Below, in pieces: positions 44,848 to 54,250 of a stretch of DNA of 64,000 nt; position 1 is the stretch's first letter, and each line of letters opens with the position of its first letter. The stretch lies in NCBI GenBank assembly GCA_052387675.1, contig JBQTIY010000011.1:212252-276251 (forward strand). The letters run 5' to 3'. A program made the translations under genes and the position numbers. The notes below the pieces were generated by a model, which was given only the letters and a program-made list of their open reading frames with translations, made no database searches and was not told the origin of the DNA. Origin of the DNA: Planctomycetota bacterium (lineage in GTDB: Bacteria; Planctomycetota; B15-G4).

Positions 44848-46395
44848 ATGATCCGACCGTCCTTCGCCGCACTGGTCTGCCGGCACCTCACTTCGCGCGT
44901 CGCGCTACTGGCCCTGTCGCTCGCGGCACTCACGGGCTGCGGCGCTCCTAGCCACAGCGCTCCCACTAAGGGCGCGCCAGCCGCGCCCGCAGCCAGCGGC
45001 GCCCCGCAGGCCGCCGCCGAGACAGACGACCTCACAGTGCTTGAGCTTGTAACACTGGGCAAAATGGAAGCGCTGGGCTACATGCAGGCAGCGACGCAAG
45101 TGGGTGCCGATCAGAGCGTGTTTGCCGCTCAGCGCCAACCACAAGGTCCCGTGGCCTTCGTCGGCGCGCGCCTTCTGCCCATCAGCGCGCCCCCCATCGA
45201 GAACGGCGTGCTGGTCATTGATGACGGGCGCATCGTGGCGCTCGGGCCGGCCGGTTCGGTGAGCGTGCCTGCCGACGCGACGCAGATTCCTTGCCACGGC
45301 CTCACGCTCATGCCTGGACTCGTGGACACGCACTCGCACATCGGCGGCGGCTGGGGCGCCGACGAGAGCGCACCGATTCAGCCGGACGTGCGGCTGCTCG
45401 ACGCCATCGACGTGCGCGACGCCACGATCCAGCGCGCGCAGGCCGGCGGCATCACGACCGCCAACCTCATGTCGGGCAGCGGTCACCTCATGAGCGGCCA
45501 AACCGCCTACCTCAAGCTGCGCGACGCGAACACGATCGAGGAGCTGCTTTACTGGAGCGCGGACGGCCTGCCGCTGGGCGGCATGAAGATGGCCAATGGA
45601 ACGAACAGCCAGCGCAGCGCGCCCTTCCCCGGCACGCGCGGCAAGTCGGCGGCGCTGGTGCGCGAGCAGTTCGTCAAAGCCCTGAGCTACCGCGACAAGC
45701 TGCAGCGCGCCGGCGACGACGCCGAGAAGCGCCCCGAGCGCGACCTCGGCCTGGAGGCCCTGCTGGAAGTCCTCGATGGCCGGCGCATGGTGCATCACCA
45801 CACGCACCGCCACGACGACATCCTCACCGTGCTGCGCTTGCAGCAGGAGTTTGGCTTTCGCGTCGTGCTGCACCACGTCAGCGAAGGCTGGAAAGTGGCC
45901 GACGAGATCGCTACGGCCGGCGTGGGCAGCTCGCTCATCATGATCGACAGCCCCGGCGGCAAGCTCGAAGCGATGGACTTCGACATGAGCACGGGCGCTG
46001 CGCTGGAGCGCCGCGGCGCGGCCGTGGCCTTCCACACCGACGACTGGATCAATGACAGCCGGCTCTTCCTGCGCAGCGCCGCGCTGGGCGTGCGAGGCGG
46101 GATGTCACGCGAGGGCGCCCTGGCCGCGCTGACGATCAACGGCGCGCGCATGCTGGATCTTCAAGACCGCATCGGCTCGCTGGAAGTCGGCAAGGACGCC
46201 GATCTCGTGCTGCTCAACGGCGACCCGCTGGCCCTGCGCACAGCCGTCGTGCAGACCTGGGCGGCGGGCGAGCTGGTCTTCGACGACAGCGATCCGCGGG
46301 ACCACCTCTGGGCCGTGGGCGGCTGGGGCGCCGGCCGGCAGCGCGCTGCCGGAGAACAAAACCTCTGCTGCTTCGGTGATCGCGAGGAACAGTGA
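44848..46395 (+). CDS. amidohydrolase family lipoprotein
   Basis: Lipobox ALTGC. Sequence PGLVDTHSHIGG. Metal-dependent hydrolase architecture. Confidence 0.8.
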   Translation: MIRPSFAALVCRHLTSRVALLALSLAALTGCGAPSHSAPTKGAPAAPAASGAPQAAAETDDLTVLELVTLGKMEALGYMQAATQVGADQSVFAAQRQPQGPVAFVGARLLPISAPPIENGVLVIDDGRIVALGPAGSVSVPADATQIPCHGLTLMPGLVDTHSHIGGGWGADESAPIQPDVRLLDAIDVRDATIQRAQAGGITTANLMSGSGHLMSGQTAYLKLRDANTIEELLYWSADGLPLGGMKMANGTNSQRSAPFPGTRGKSAALVREQFVKALSYRDKLQRAGDDAEKRPERDLGLEALLEVLDGRRMVHHHTHRHDDILTVLRLQQEFGFRVVLHHVSEGWKVADEIATAGVGSSLIMIDSPGGKLEAMDFDMSTGAALERRGAAVAFHTDDWINDSRLFLRSAALGVRGGMSREGALAALTINGARMLDLQDRIGSLEVGKDADLVLLNGDPLALRTAVVQTWAAGELVFDDSDPRDHLWAVGGWGAGRQRAAGEQNLCCFGDREEQ

Positions 46396-47702
46396 TGAGT
46401 CCCATGCACACACGTCATCCGCAGCGGCTAGCCCGGTCCGGGCTCCTGTCCGCGGCGTTCGTCGCTCTGCTCGTCCTTGGCCTGCTTCTCGGCGGCACGC
46501 GCCCCGCGGCCGCGCAGAATCTCGCCGTGCATGGCGATCTGGTTTGGACCATGACGCCCGGCCCCGGTTCGACGACGCCCCTGCGCGATGCGATGGTCAT
46601 CGTGCGCGACGGCAAGATCGTGGCCATCGGCCCGGCAGCCAGCACGCCCGTGCCGGCCGGCTTCGAGCGCCTGCGCGCAGCGGTCGTCACGCCCGGACTC
46701 ATCGACGCGCACAGCGTCGTGGGCCTGGCCGGCTACCTCAACCAACCCACCGACCAGGATCAGCGCGACGAGAGCGGGCCGATCCAGCCCGAGCTGCGCG
46801 CGATCGATGCCTACAACGCCCGCGAGCCGCTCATCGCCTGGCTGCGCGGCTTCGGCATCACCACCATTCACACGGGGCACGGGCCCGGCGCGCTCATGAC
46901 TGGCGAGACGCTCATCGCCAAGACGCGCGGCGACACGATGGAGCAGGCCGTCATCAACCCGCGCGCTATGATCGCGGCCACGCTCGGCGAGAGCGCCCTG
47001 GCTCCCGGCGGCGATGACGGCGGCAAGTCGCCGGGCACGCGCGCCAAGGAAGTGGCGCTGCTGCGCGCTGAGTTTCTGAAAGCGCAGGCCTGGGCGGCCA
47101 AGCGCGCAGCCGCCGGTGACGACCAGAGCAAGGCGCCCGACCCCGACCTGCGCCTCGCGGCCCTGGCCGACCTCTTGGATCGCAAGCTGCCCCTGCTCGT
47201 CACCGCGCACCGGCATCACGATCTGCTCAATGCGCTGCGCCTGGCGCGCGAGTTCAATCTGCGCCTCGTGCTGGACGGCGCCGCCGAAGCCTATGAAGTG
47301 CTCGACGAGATCCGCGCGGCGGGCGTGCCGGTGCTCGCCCACGCGCCGATGATGCGCGCCGAGGGCGAGGCCGAGAACGCCACGATGGAACTCACTTCGC
47401 GCCTACGCGAGGCCGGCATCCCCTTCGCGCTGCAGAGCGGCTTCGAGGACTACGTGCCCAAGACGCGCGTCGTGCTTTACGAGGCGGCCATCGCGGCGCG
47501 CTACGGGCTCTCGGACGGCGCGGCGCTGGCCTCCATCACCTGCGACGCGGCCAGTCTCCTGGGCCTCGAGGCGCGCCTGGGCTCACTGGCCGCAGGCCTC
47601 GACGGCGATCTAGCGCTCTTCGACGGCGACCCCTTCGAGTACACCTCGCACTGCATCGGCACCGTGATCGAAGGTGAGGTCGTGAGCCGAGCCGTTCGTT
47701 GA
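46392..47702 (+). CDS. amidohydrolase family protein (secreted)
   Basis: Start overlaps the upstream stop. Signal peptide. Sequence PGLIDAHSVVG. Confidence 0.8.
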   Translation: MMSPMHTRHPQRLARSGLLSAAFVALLVLGLLLGGTRPAAAQNLAVHGDLVWTMTPGPGSTTPLRDAMVIVRDGKIVAIGPAASTPVPAGFERLRAAVVTPGLIDAHSVVGLAGYLNQPTDQDQRDESGPIQPELRAIDAYNAREPLIAWLRGFGITTIHTGHGPGALMTGETLIAKTRGDTMEQAVINPRAMIAATLGESALAPGGDDGGKSPGTRAKEVALLRAEFLKAQAWAAKRAAAGDDQSKAPDPDLRLAALADLLDRKLPLLVTAHRHHDLLNALRLAREFNLRLVLDGAAEAYEVLDEIRAAGVPVLAHAPMMRAEGEAENATMELTSRLREAGIPFALQSGFEDYVPKTRVVLYEAAIAARYGLSDGAALASITCDAASLLGLEARLGSLAAGLDGDLALFDGDPFEYTSHCIGTVIEGEVVSRAVR

Positions 47703-48406
47703 GCGGCGCAGGCCTGCTCAAGGAAGATCTCTTCGGCCGCGTCGAGCGTATTGAGCACGACGGCCGGCCCGCGGTGCAGCGCGACATCTCGGGCGTGCGT
47801 TGGTGGATCGCGCCGCTGGCACGCTGGATGCTGCGCCGCGAGGCGCGCGCGCTCGCCGCGCTGGCCGCCGCCCCTCCGCATCTGCAAGCGCGCTTGGCCG
47901 GCTCGCTGCCGCAGCTTGTCGAACTGCGCCGCGACGGCCTGCTGCGCTCCTGGCTCGACGGACGCCCAATGCAGAAGGCCCAACCGAGTGAGGCGCACTA
48001 CTACCGCGAGGCACGCCGCCTGCTCTGCGCGCTGCACTCCGCGGGCATCACTCACAACGACGACGCCAAGGAGCAGAACTGGCTCGTGCTGAATGACGGC
48101 CGGCCCGCGCTGATCGACTTTCAGCTCGCGGTGCTCAGCTCGGCGCGGCGGTGGAACGCCGGTGAGCAGCCGACCGGCCGCGCGCGCAGGCGCAGCCGCT
48201 TCTTCCGCCTGCTGGCGCGCGAGGACCTGCGCCATCTCTGCAAGCACAAGCGCAAGTACTGCCCGCGGGCCCTCACGCCCCGCGAGCAGCGCCTCTTGGA
48301 GCAGCCCTCGCGCGCTGCGCGCCTGCTGCGCGCCGGCCCCAAGCGCGCCTACAGCTTCGTCACGCGCCGCCTGCTCGGCTGGCGCGACGACGAGGGCCGC
48401 GGCTAG
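47699..48406 (+). CDS. protein-kinase-like fold protein (RIO / Kdo-LPS-kinase-like)
   Basis: TTGA overlap with the upstream stop. Catalytic-loop-like LHSAGITHNDDAKEQNWLV...ALIDFQLA. Confidence 0.55.
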   Translation: MSGAGLLKEDLFGRVERIEHDGRPAVQRDISGVRWWIAPLARWMLRREARALAALAAAPPHLQARLAGSLPQLVELRRDGLLRSWLDGRPMQKAQPSEAHYYREARRLLCALHSAGITHNDDAKEQNWLVLNDGRPALIDFQLAVLSSARRWNAGEQPTGRARRRSRFFRLLAREDLRHLCKHKRKYCPRALTPREQRLLEQPSRAARLLRAGPKRAYSFVTRRLLGWRDDEGRG

Positions 48407-48473
48407 ATCCTTCCCCCCGCGTGAACTGGGTCGCGCGCGAGCCGCGCCGAGCGCTCTGGGCAGCGCCTTTGCT

Positions 48474-49274
48474 ATGCTCCGGCGCTTCATGGCCACTGCA
48501 ACTCACGGCGCGCCCGAAGACAACAAGCTCGCGCTGTTCATCGACATGGACAACGTGGTCATCGGCGTGCGCGATGCGCGCTTCGACAAGTTCGACATCG
48601 AACTCGTGCTGGCGCGCCTGGTCGAAAAGGGCGACCTCATCGTGAAGAAGGCCTACGCCGACTGGTCGAACCACACCACCTACAAGCGGCCGCTGCATGA
48701 AGCGGCCATCGAGCTGATCGACATTCCCGAAAGCCGGCGCACCGGCAAGAACAGCGCCGACATCAAGATGGTCGTGGACGCCATGGAGCTGTCCTACGCC
48801 AAGCCGCACATCGACACCTTCGTGCTGGTCTCAGGCGACAGCGACTTCTCGCCGCTGGTGAGCAAGCTGCGCGAGAACGGCAAGCACATCATCGGCCTGG
48901 GCGTGAAGAACAGCAGCGCGCGCCTGCTGATCGACAATTGCGACGAGTTCGTTTTCTATGACGACCTCGTGCGCAGCAAGCCGCGCCGTCGCTCGGTGGC
49001 GGCCGGCGCCGGCGTGACCCAAGAGAAGCAGGAGGCCTTCGCCCTGCTCATGGAGACGCTGGCCGCCCTGCAGCGCGAAAACAAAGACGTGCTCTGGGGC
49101 TCGCTGGTCAAGGACACCATGAAGCGCAAGCAGCCGCAGTTCAACGAGGAGTACCACGGCTATTCCTCGTTCGGCAAGCTGCTCGAGGACGCCGAAAAGC
49201 ACAAGCTCATCCGCCTGCGCAAGGACAGCCGCAGCGGCACCTACGTGATCGACGAGGTGCTGGAGAGCGCGTAG
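48474..49274 (+). CDS. NYN (LabA-like) nuclease domain protein with C-terminal OST-HTH/LOTUS domain
   Basis: Sequence LALFIDMDNV...GKNSADIKMVVDAME...FVLVSGDSDFSPLV. The C-terminus ...WGSLVKDTMKRKQPQFNEEYHGYSSFGKLLEDA fits the LOTUS domain. Confidence 0.8.
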   Translation: MLRRFMATATHGAPEDNKLALFIDMDNVVIGVRDARFDKFDIELVLARLVEKGDLIVKKAYADWSNHTTYKRPLHEAAIELIDIPESRRTGKNSADIKMVVDAMELSYAKPHIDTFVLVSGDSDFSPLVSKLRENGKHIIGLGVKNSSARLLIDNCDEFVFYDDLVRSKPRRRSVAAGAGVTQEKQEAFALLMETLAALQRENKDVLWGSLVKDTMKRKQPQFNEEYHGYSSFGKLLEDAEKHKLIRLRKDSRSGTYVIDEVLESA

Positions 49275-49275
49275 G

Positions 49276-51717
49276 ATGGCGCCCTCCTCGTTCGGGAGTC
49301 GCCTCGTGCTTCGCTCCGCTCTCGCCCTGCCTCTGCTGAGTCTCGCGGCGCTGGCCGCCCTCGCCGCGCCCGCCTCCGCCAGCGACCTCAAGCTCAACAA
49401 CCAAGTCGCGCTGACCGCCGCGGTCGGCGCGCCGCTGACCATGAAGCTCACCGGGCCCGCGCTCAAACCGGCCATCATCCTGGTGGACATCGGCCCCGGC
49501 CCCGCGACGATCGGCGGCGAGTCCGTGCCGCTGGCCTTCTCGCCCTTCGCGCGCATCATCGCTTCGGGCTTCACGTCGAGTCTCGGCGTCTACAACGTGC
49601 CGGGCTCCATTCCGGACGTGGGCGACCTGGGCGGACTGCAAGTGCACTTCGTGGGTGTCGTGCTGGACAGCGCCGACCCCAATGGCAAGGACTGGAGCAA
49701 CGGCGCCTCGCTCTCCATCACCTTGAGCGTGGGCGCCGGCCCGCCGACGGGCGGACTCGTGGGCCGCGTCACGACCTTCGACGGCAGCGCCGCCACGGGC
49801 ATCGACGACGCGCTGCCCTTCGGCACCAGCCTGAACTGGACCGTGCTGCAGAAGCCGGCCGGCAGCAGCGCCACGCTCACCGGCGCCAATCTCCTCACGC
49901 CCACGCTCAAGCCGGATCAGCCCGGTGATTACTTGCTGCGCTCCACGCTCACCTCGCACACGACGAGCGTCAGTTCCGACACGACGCTGCATGCTTGGCG
50001 CGTGACGCTCACCGGCCTGCCCGATGGCAGCATTCTCAGCACGGGCAGCGTGCTCATGCAGGGCCTCATCGAGGGCCCGCCCGTCGCCGCCGTGAAAGTG
50101 GACGGCGTGCCGGTCTTTGTCGCGGCCAACACGTTCGGGCCAGTGGCGCGCAGTTTCGCGCCCGGAGCGATCACGCTGCCGGTGGTCGTCGAACTGCAGC
50201 ACGCCGACGGCTCGATCGCCCGCCAGCGCCTGAGTTTCGTGCAGGGCAGCGCCGCGGCCGTGGGCGCGCCCTCTGCCAACGCCCTCTCAGCGCGCCTCAA
50301 CCAAGCCGCACTGGATCAGATGGAGGCACTCGGCGCGACGGAACTCCAGGGCGCCAACATCCAGGGCCCGCTGCTGGCCATGCCGCCGCAGCTCGTGGCC
50401 AATGACGAAGGCATCTTCGGCTTCACGATCTTCTCTGCGTGGGTCGACTTCACCGGCATCAGCTACAACCCCAACATCCAGCTCGCGCTGGTGCCCAGCG
50501 CCTCCGGCATCCTCGCCACGGTCACGATTCACAACGTAGTGGCCACCTTTGACACCTGGGGCGAAGTGCTCGAGGTGGACTACAACCTCGACGGCTACAT
50601 CTCCACCTCGCCCACCGTCATCACCGCCACGCTCGTGGGCTCGGCGGCCGGCGGCCAGATCCAGGTGGCGGTCACGAATGTGCAGGTGGACCGCCAGAAC
50701 TTCGACTTCGAGCTGAACGGCTTCCTCGGCACCGTGGCCGAAGTCTTCGTCATCGAGAGCGCCGTGAAAGAGGATGTCGAAGCCATTGTGGCGCAGACCA
50801 TCTCGCAGGAACTCGGCCCGGCCATCCAGGAGATCCTGGGCAGCTTCGTGCTGGCCGGCAACCTCTTCGAGACGCTCGACGTGGACGTGAACATCGCCGC
50901 GCCGATCACCGGCGTGGTGCATGACACCTCGGGTGTGACGATCCGCCTCGCCAGCACGGCGGGCGTGGGCGTGGCCGAGCCCGGCTCGCCCGTTGTGCCT
51001 TTCTATCGCGCCACGCCGGCTGCCGGCGCGGCCATGGGCGCCAACACCCCCGGCGGTCAGAGCTACGGCGCCGGCCTGGCCCTGGCCGACGACTTCGCCA
51101 ATCAGGTGCTGGCCGCGGCCACCGGCGCGGGCCTGCTCGACGGCGACCTCACCACGCTCGTGCCTTCCACCGGCAAGGTCGCGATCAACTTCGTCACCGA
51201 AGAACTCGCCCTGCTCTTCCCCAACTGCGGCTTCGACCTCTTCCCCGACGGCACGCCGATCACGCTGCGCGCGCACGGCACAGTGCCGCCCATCCTGCGG
51301 CTCACGCCCGGCGGCCCCGCCATGGGCGTCATTGACATCGCCGGCTTGCAGGTGGCCTTCGAGGCACCGGGCGCGGCGGGCCCCGTTCCGCTGCTCTACG
51401 TGACGGCCGACGGCAGCGCCACGCTCGACGTTGCCGCCGGCGGCGAGGGCACGCTTTCGGCGACGCTCGTGGACGGCACGCTCGTGGTGCGCGCCCTCGG
51501 CGCCTTCCCGGGCGCGAACTACGCCACGATCGATGTGAATGCCGGCCTGCTCGGCACGGTGCTGGAACAGGCCCTGCCGCAGATTGTCGAGGCGCTGGGC
51601 GGCATACCGCTGCCCTCGCTCGAGGCGCAGGGCCTGGGCCTTTCGGCCTCTTCCGTGGCGATTCTCGGCGGTGGCGCGCACTTGGCGGCCTTCGGGCAAC
51701 TCGTCGTCACGCCCTGA
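49276..51717 (+). CDS. large secreted hypothetical protein (813 aa)
   Basis: Signal peptide ...AALAAPASA. Ig/PKD-like N-terminal part. Long beta-rich C-terminal part of unknown family. Confidence 0.7.
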   Translation: MAPSSFGSRLVLRSALALPLLSLAALAALAAPASASDLKLNNQVALTAAVGAPLTMKLTGPALKPAIILVDIGPGPATIGGESVPLAFSPFARIIASGFTSSLGVYNVPGSIPDVGDLGGLQVHFVGVVLDSADPNGKDWSNGASLSITLSVGAGPPTGGLVGRVTTFDGSAATGIDDALPFGTSLNWTVLQKPAGSSATLTGANLLTPTLKPDQPGDYLLRSTLTSHTTSVSSDTTLHAWRVTLTGLPDGSILSTGSVLMQGLIEGPPVAAVKVDGVPVFVAANTFGPVARSFAPGAITLPVVVELQHADGSIARQRLSFVQGSAAAVGAPSANALSARLNQAALDQMEALGATELQGANIQGPLLAMPPQLVANDEGIFGFTIFSAWVDFTGISYNPNIQLALVPSASGILATVTIHNVVATFDTWGEVLEVDYNLDGYISTSPTVITATLVGSAAGGQIQVAVTNVQVDRQNFDFELNGFLGTVAEVFVIESAVKEDVEAIVAQTISQELGPAIQEILGSFVLAGNLFETLDVDVNIAAPITGVVHDTSGVTIRLASTAGVGVAEPGSPVVPFYRATPAAGAAMGANTPGGQSYGAGLALADDFANQVLAAATGAGLLDGDLTTLVPSTGKVAINFVTEELALLFPNCGFDLFPDGTPITLRAHGTVPPILRLTPGGPAMGVIDIAGLQVAFEAPGAAGPVPLLYVTADGSATLDVAAGGEGTLSATLVDGTLVVRALGAFPGANYATIDVNAGLLGTVLEQALPQIVEALGGIPLPSLEAQGLGLSASSVAILGGGAHLAAFGQLVVTP

Positions 51718-51791
51718 AGTTGGGCGCGAAGTCGCCGGCGGGGCGAGAGGGCTGGGGCTACACTGGCCGCCCTCAACTTGGAACCCGCACC

Positions 51792-52736
51792 ATGACGACG
51801 CGCTTTTTCTCCCTGTCCGGTCGCTTGCTCGGCCTCTCGCTCTGCCTCGCCCCCGCGCTCGCCGCGCAGCAGGCCGCGGACACCGCCCTGGCCCTCGCCG
51901 TGCAGGCGGCCCTCGAGAGTGATGTGCGCGACGTCCCGGCGAGCAGCGCCGAACAGGAATCGCTGCTGCTGCTGCGCGAGGATTTGGGCGTGGCCCGCGA
52001 CGTGAGCAGCGCCCTCGCCGCCCGCGGACTGCAAGGCACCGTGGTGAGCTGCCACAGCGGCGTCGTGGAGCTGCGCGGCACGGTCGCCGACGGCCGCCAA
52101 GCGGCGGCCGCCGCGCAACTCGCCGAGCAACTGGCCGCCGGGCGCAGCGTCAGCAACCGGCTGCGCTACCCGGGTCAGCCCGCCGCCGCCGCCGAGTCGG
52201 CTCCGCTCCTCGCCGCCCAGCCGGCCAACCTGCCGCGCAGCACCTCCGAGTCGCAGCCGGCCGTCATCACCGGCCTGCGCTTCCTCACCACCGACGGCCT
52301 GGCCGGCCGCGGGATCTCCGTTGAGGTTCTCGACGGCCGCGTGACCTTCACTGGCGAAGTGAACAGCGAGGCGGCACAGCGCTACGTCTCGGTGGCGGCC
52401 CAGCGCATTGCCGGCCTGCGCTCGGTGCGCAACGATCTGCGCCTGCGTCCCGAGGATGACGAGGCCGAGCGCCGCCTGACGCTCCTGGTGCAACGGCAAA
52501 TCGAGCAGAGCGCTCTGGTTCAGGACGTCGCGCCCGCTATCCTGGTTTCATGTCGCAAGGGCATCATCCGGCTCGAGGGCCGTGTGCGCGACGTTGCTCA
52601 GCGCGAAGAGGCGCTGCGCCTCGCGGCCGAGACACGCACGGTCATGGCCGTGGACGACCAGCTCGCGGTGGACGCGCGCCTCGTAGTGCACGAGCGCCGC
52701 TTCGGCCAGCGGCTGCCCCCGCGCGCCGCCCCCTGA
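51792..52736 (+). CDS. BON domain-containing periplasmic protein (about three BON repeats)
   Basis: Signal peptide. Repeated segments ...V..G.V.L.G.V......A...A....G...V.N.L... Confidence 0.75.
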   Translation: MTTRFFSLSGRLLGLSLCLAPALAAQQAADTALALAVQAALESDVRDVPASSAEQESLLLLREDLGVARDVSSALAARGLQGTVVSCHSGVVELRGTVADGRQAAAAAQLAEQLAAGRSVSNRLRYPGQPAAAAESAPLLAAQPANLPRSTSESQPAVITGLRFLTTDGLAGRGISVEVLDGRVTFTGEVNSEAAQRYVSVAAQRIAGLRSVRNDLRLRPEDDEAERRLTLLVQRQIEQSALVQDVAPAILVSCRKGIIRLEGRVRDVAQREEALRLAAETRTVMAVDDQLAVDARLVVHERRFGQRLPPRAAP

Positions 52737-53212
52737 GCCGTGCACGCCGGCCGGCCGGCATCACGCTCGTTGAGTTGCTCATCGTCGTCGTGTGCATCAG
52801 CATCCTGGCGCTGCTCGTGCTGCCGGCCATCAACAGTGAACGCCGGCAGGCCGTGGGCTCGGCCCTCGCGGCCAATGTCGCGCAGGTTTCCATGGTCCTC
52901 GAGCAGCGCCGTCAGTTCACCTCCGATGGAAGCTGGCCGGCCACGCTCGACCCGACCTGGTTCGTGAGCGGCCAGTTGCCCAGCCATCCCGACCAAATGG
53001 TTGGCGTGCCGCTCATCGAAACGGTGTCGGTGCCCTTTGCCCTGCATCCGCGCGACAAGGTCGTGCAGCCGAACAGCGCCGGCGCCTACTGGTACAACTG
53101 CGCCAATGGCAGCTTTCGGGCGCGCGTCAAGCAGCAGCCCACGACGGCCGAGACCCTTGAGCTCTACAACTTCATCAACCAGAGCACGCTCGCGGCGCTG
53201 GCCGAAGATTAG
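52733..53212 (+). CDS. type IV pilin / type II secretion pseudopilin-like protein; start codon unresolved
   Basis: Prepilin-type N-terminus RRPAG|ITLVELLIVVVCISILALLVLP with Glu at +5. The only in-frame ATG (52550) lies 187 nt inside the BON gene, and the nearest candidate is a CTG at 52733. Confidence 0.5.
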   Translation: MSRARRPAGITLVELLIVVVCISILALLVLPAINSERRQAVGSALAANVAQVSMVLEQRRQFTSDGSWPATLDPTWFVSGQLPSHPDQMVGVPLIETVSVPFALHPRDKVVQPNSAGAYWYNCANGSFRARVKQQPTTAETLELYNFINQSTLAALAED

Positions 53213-53252
53213 GATGCGCGCTTCTCACCGGCCGGGAAGGCCAGGAGCCTGC

Positions 53253-54245
53253 ATGCAGACCGTGGCCTCGCCCAAAGTTCCGCGCCGAGCTTTCGCGCGC
53301 CTCCCGTTGCTCTTGGCCGGCGTGCTTTTTGCGCCCGCGCTTTCTGCGCAGCAGGACTTCACGCTGGTGCAGATCAGCGTGCAGCCGGTGGCGGGCGCCG
53401 TCCACCTCTTGCAGGGTTCGGGCGGCAATGTGGGCGTCTCGGCCGGCCCGGACGGCGTGCTCATCGTGGACGATCAGTTCGAACCGCTGGCCGAGAAGAT
53501 CCGCGCGGCCCTCGACAGGCTGGCTCCCGGCGGCCCGCGCTTCATCCTCAACACGCACTGGCATAGCGATCACACCGGCGGCAATGCGCACTTCGGGCGC
53601 ACCGGCACAATCGTCGCGCACCGCGCCGTGCGCCAGCGCCTCGCGGCGCCAACCGAGGTGCTGGGCCGCACGCCGGAACCGGCCCCCCCGCAGGCCCTGC
53701 CGGTGGTCACTTTCGAAGACTCGCTCTCGCTGCATTGGAACGGCGAAGAGATCCGCCTGCAGCATTTGCCCAACGGTCACACCGACGGCGACGCCTACGT
53801 ACACTTCCTCGGCAGCGGCGTCGTGCATCTCGGCGATCTTTTCTTCGCCGGGCGCTTCCCCTTCGTGGACCTGGGCAGCGGCGGCGATGTGATCGGCCTG
53901 CAGCGCAATATCGCGCGGCTCATCGAAACCCTGCCCGCTGACGTGCGCATCATTCCCGGCCACGGGCCGCTCTCTACGCTCAACGATCTGCGCACCTACC
54001 ACCGCATGCTTGAGTCCTCCATCGCCGTCGTCCGGCAGCGGCGTGCGGACGGGCTGTCGCTGGCCGACACGGTGGCCGCCGGCCTGCCTGAGGAATGGGC
54101 GGGCTGGGGCAATGCCTTCATCTCCACCGAGCGCTGGCTCAAGACCGTGTACGAGAGCCTCGAGCGCTCGCCGCAGGGGCCGCCGGCCGCGGCCGTTGCG
54201 CCTGCCGCCACCGGCGCGGCTGCCGGCGCTGGCAGCGGAGGCTGA
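53253..54245 (+). CDS. MBL-fold metallo-hydrolase (secreted)
   Basis: Signal peptide. HWHSDHTGGN motif. Confidence 0.85.
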   Translation: MQTVASPKVPRRAFARLPLLLAGVLFAPALSAQQDFTLVQISVQPVAGAVHLLQGSGGNVGVSAGPDGVLIVDDQFEPLAEKIRAALDRLAPGGPRFILNTHWHSDHTGGNAHFGRTGTIVAHRAVRQRLAAPTEVLGRTPEPAPPQALPVVTFEDSLSLHWNGEEIRLQHLPNGHTDGDAYVHFLGSGVVHLGDLFFAGRFPFVDLGSGGDVIGLQRNIARLIETLPADVRIIPGHGPLSTLNDLRTYHRMLESSIAVVRQRRADGLSLADTVAAGLPEEWAGWGNAFISTERWLKTVYESLERSPQGPPAAAVAPAATGAAAGAGSGG

Positions 54246-54250
54246 GCGCC

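Noticed and set aside
50287-51699. 470-aa minus-strand ORF. The same applies to 15194..16219, 20005..21015, 30526..31761, 32513..33616, 43742..44851, 44905..46035 and 60921..62108.
   Set aside because: All overlap stronger genes on the other strand or in another frame. None has a recognisable motif. They are GC-driven open frames.
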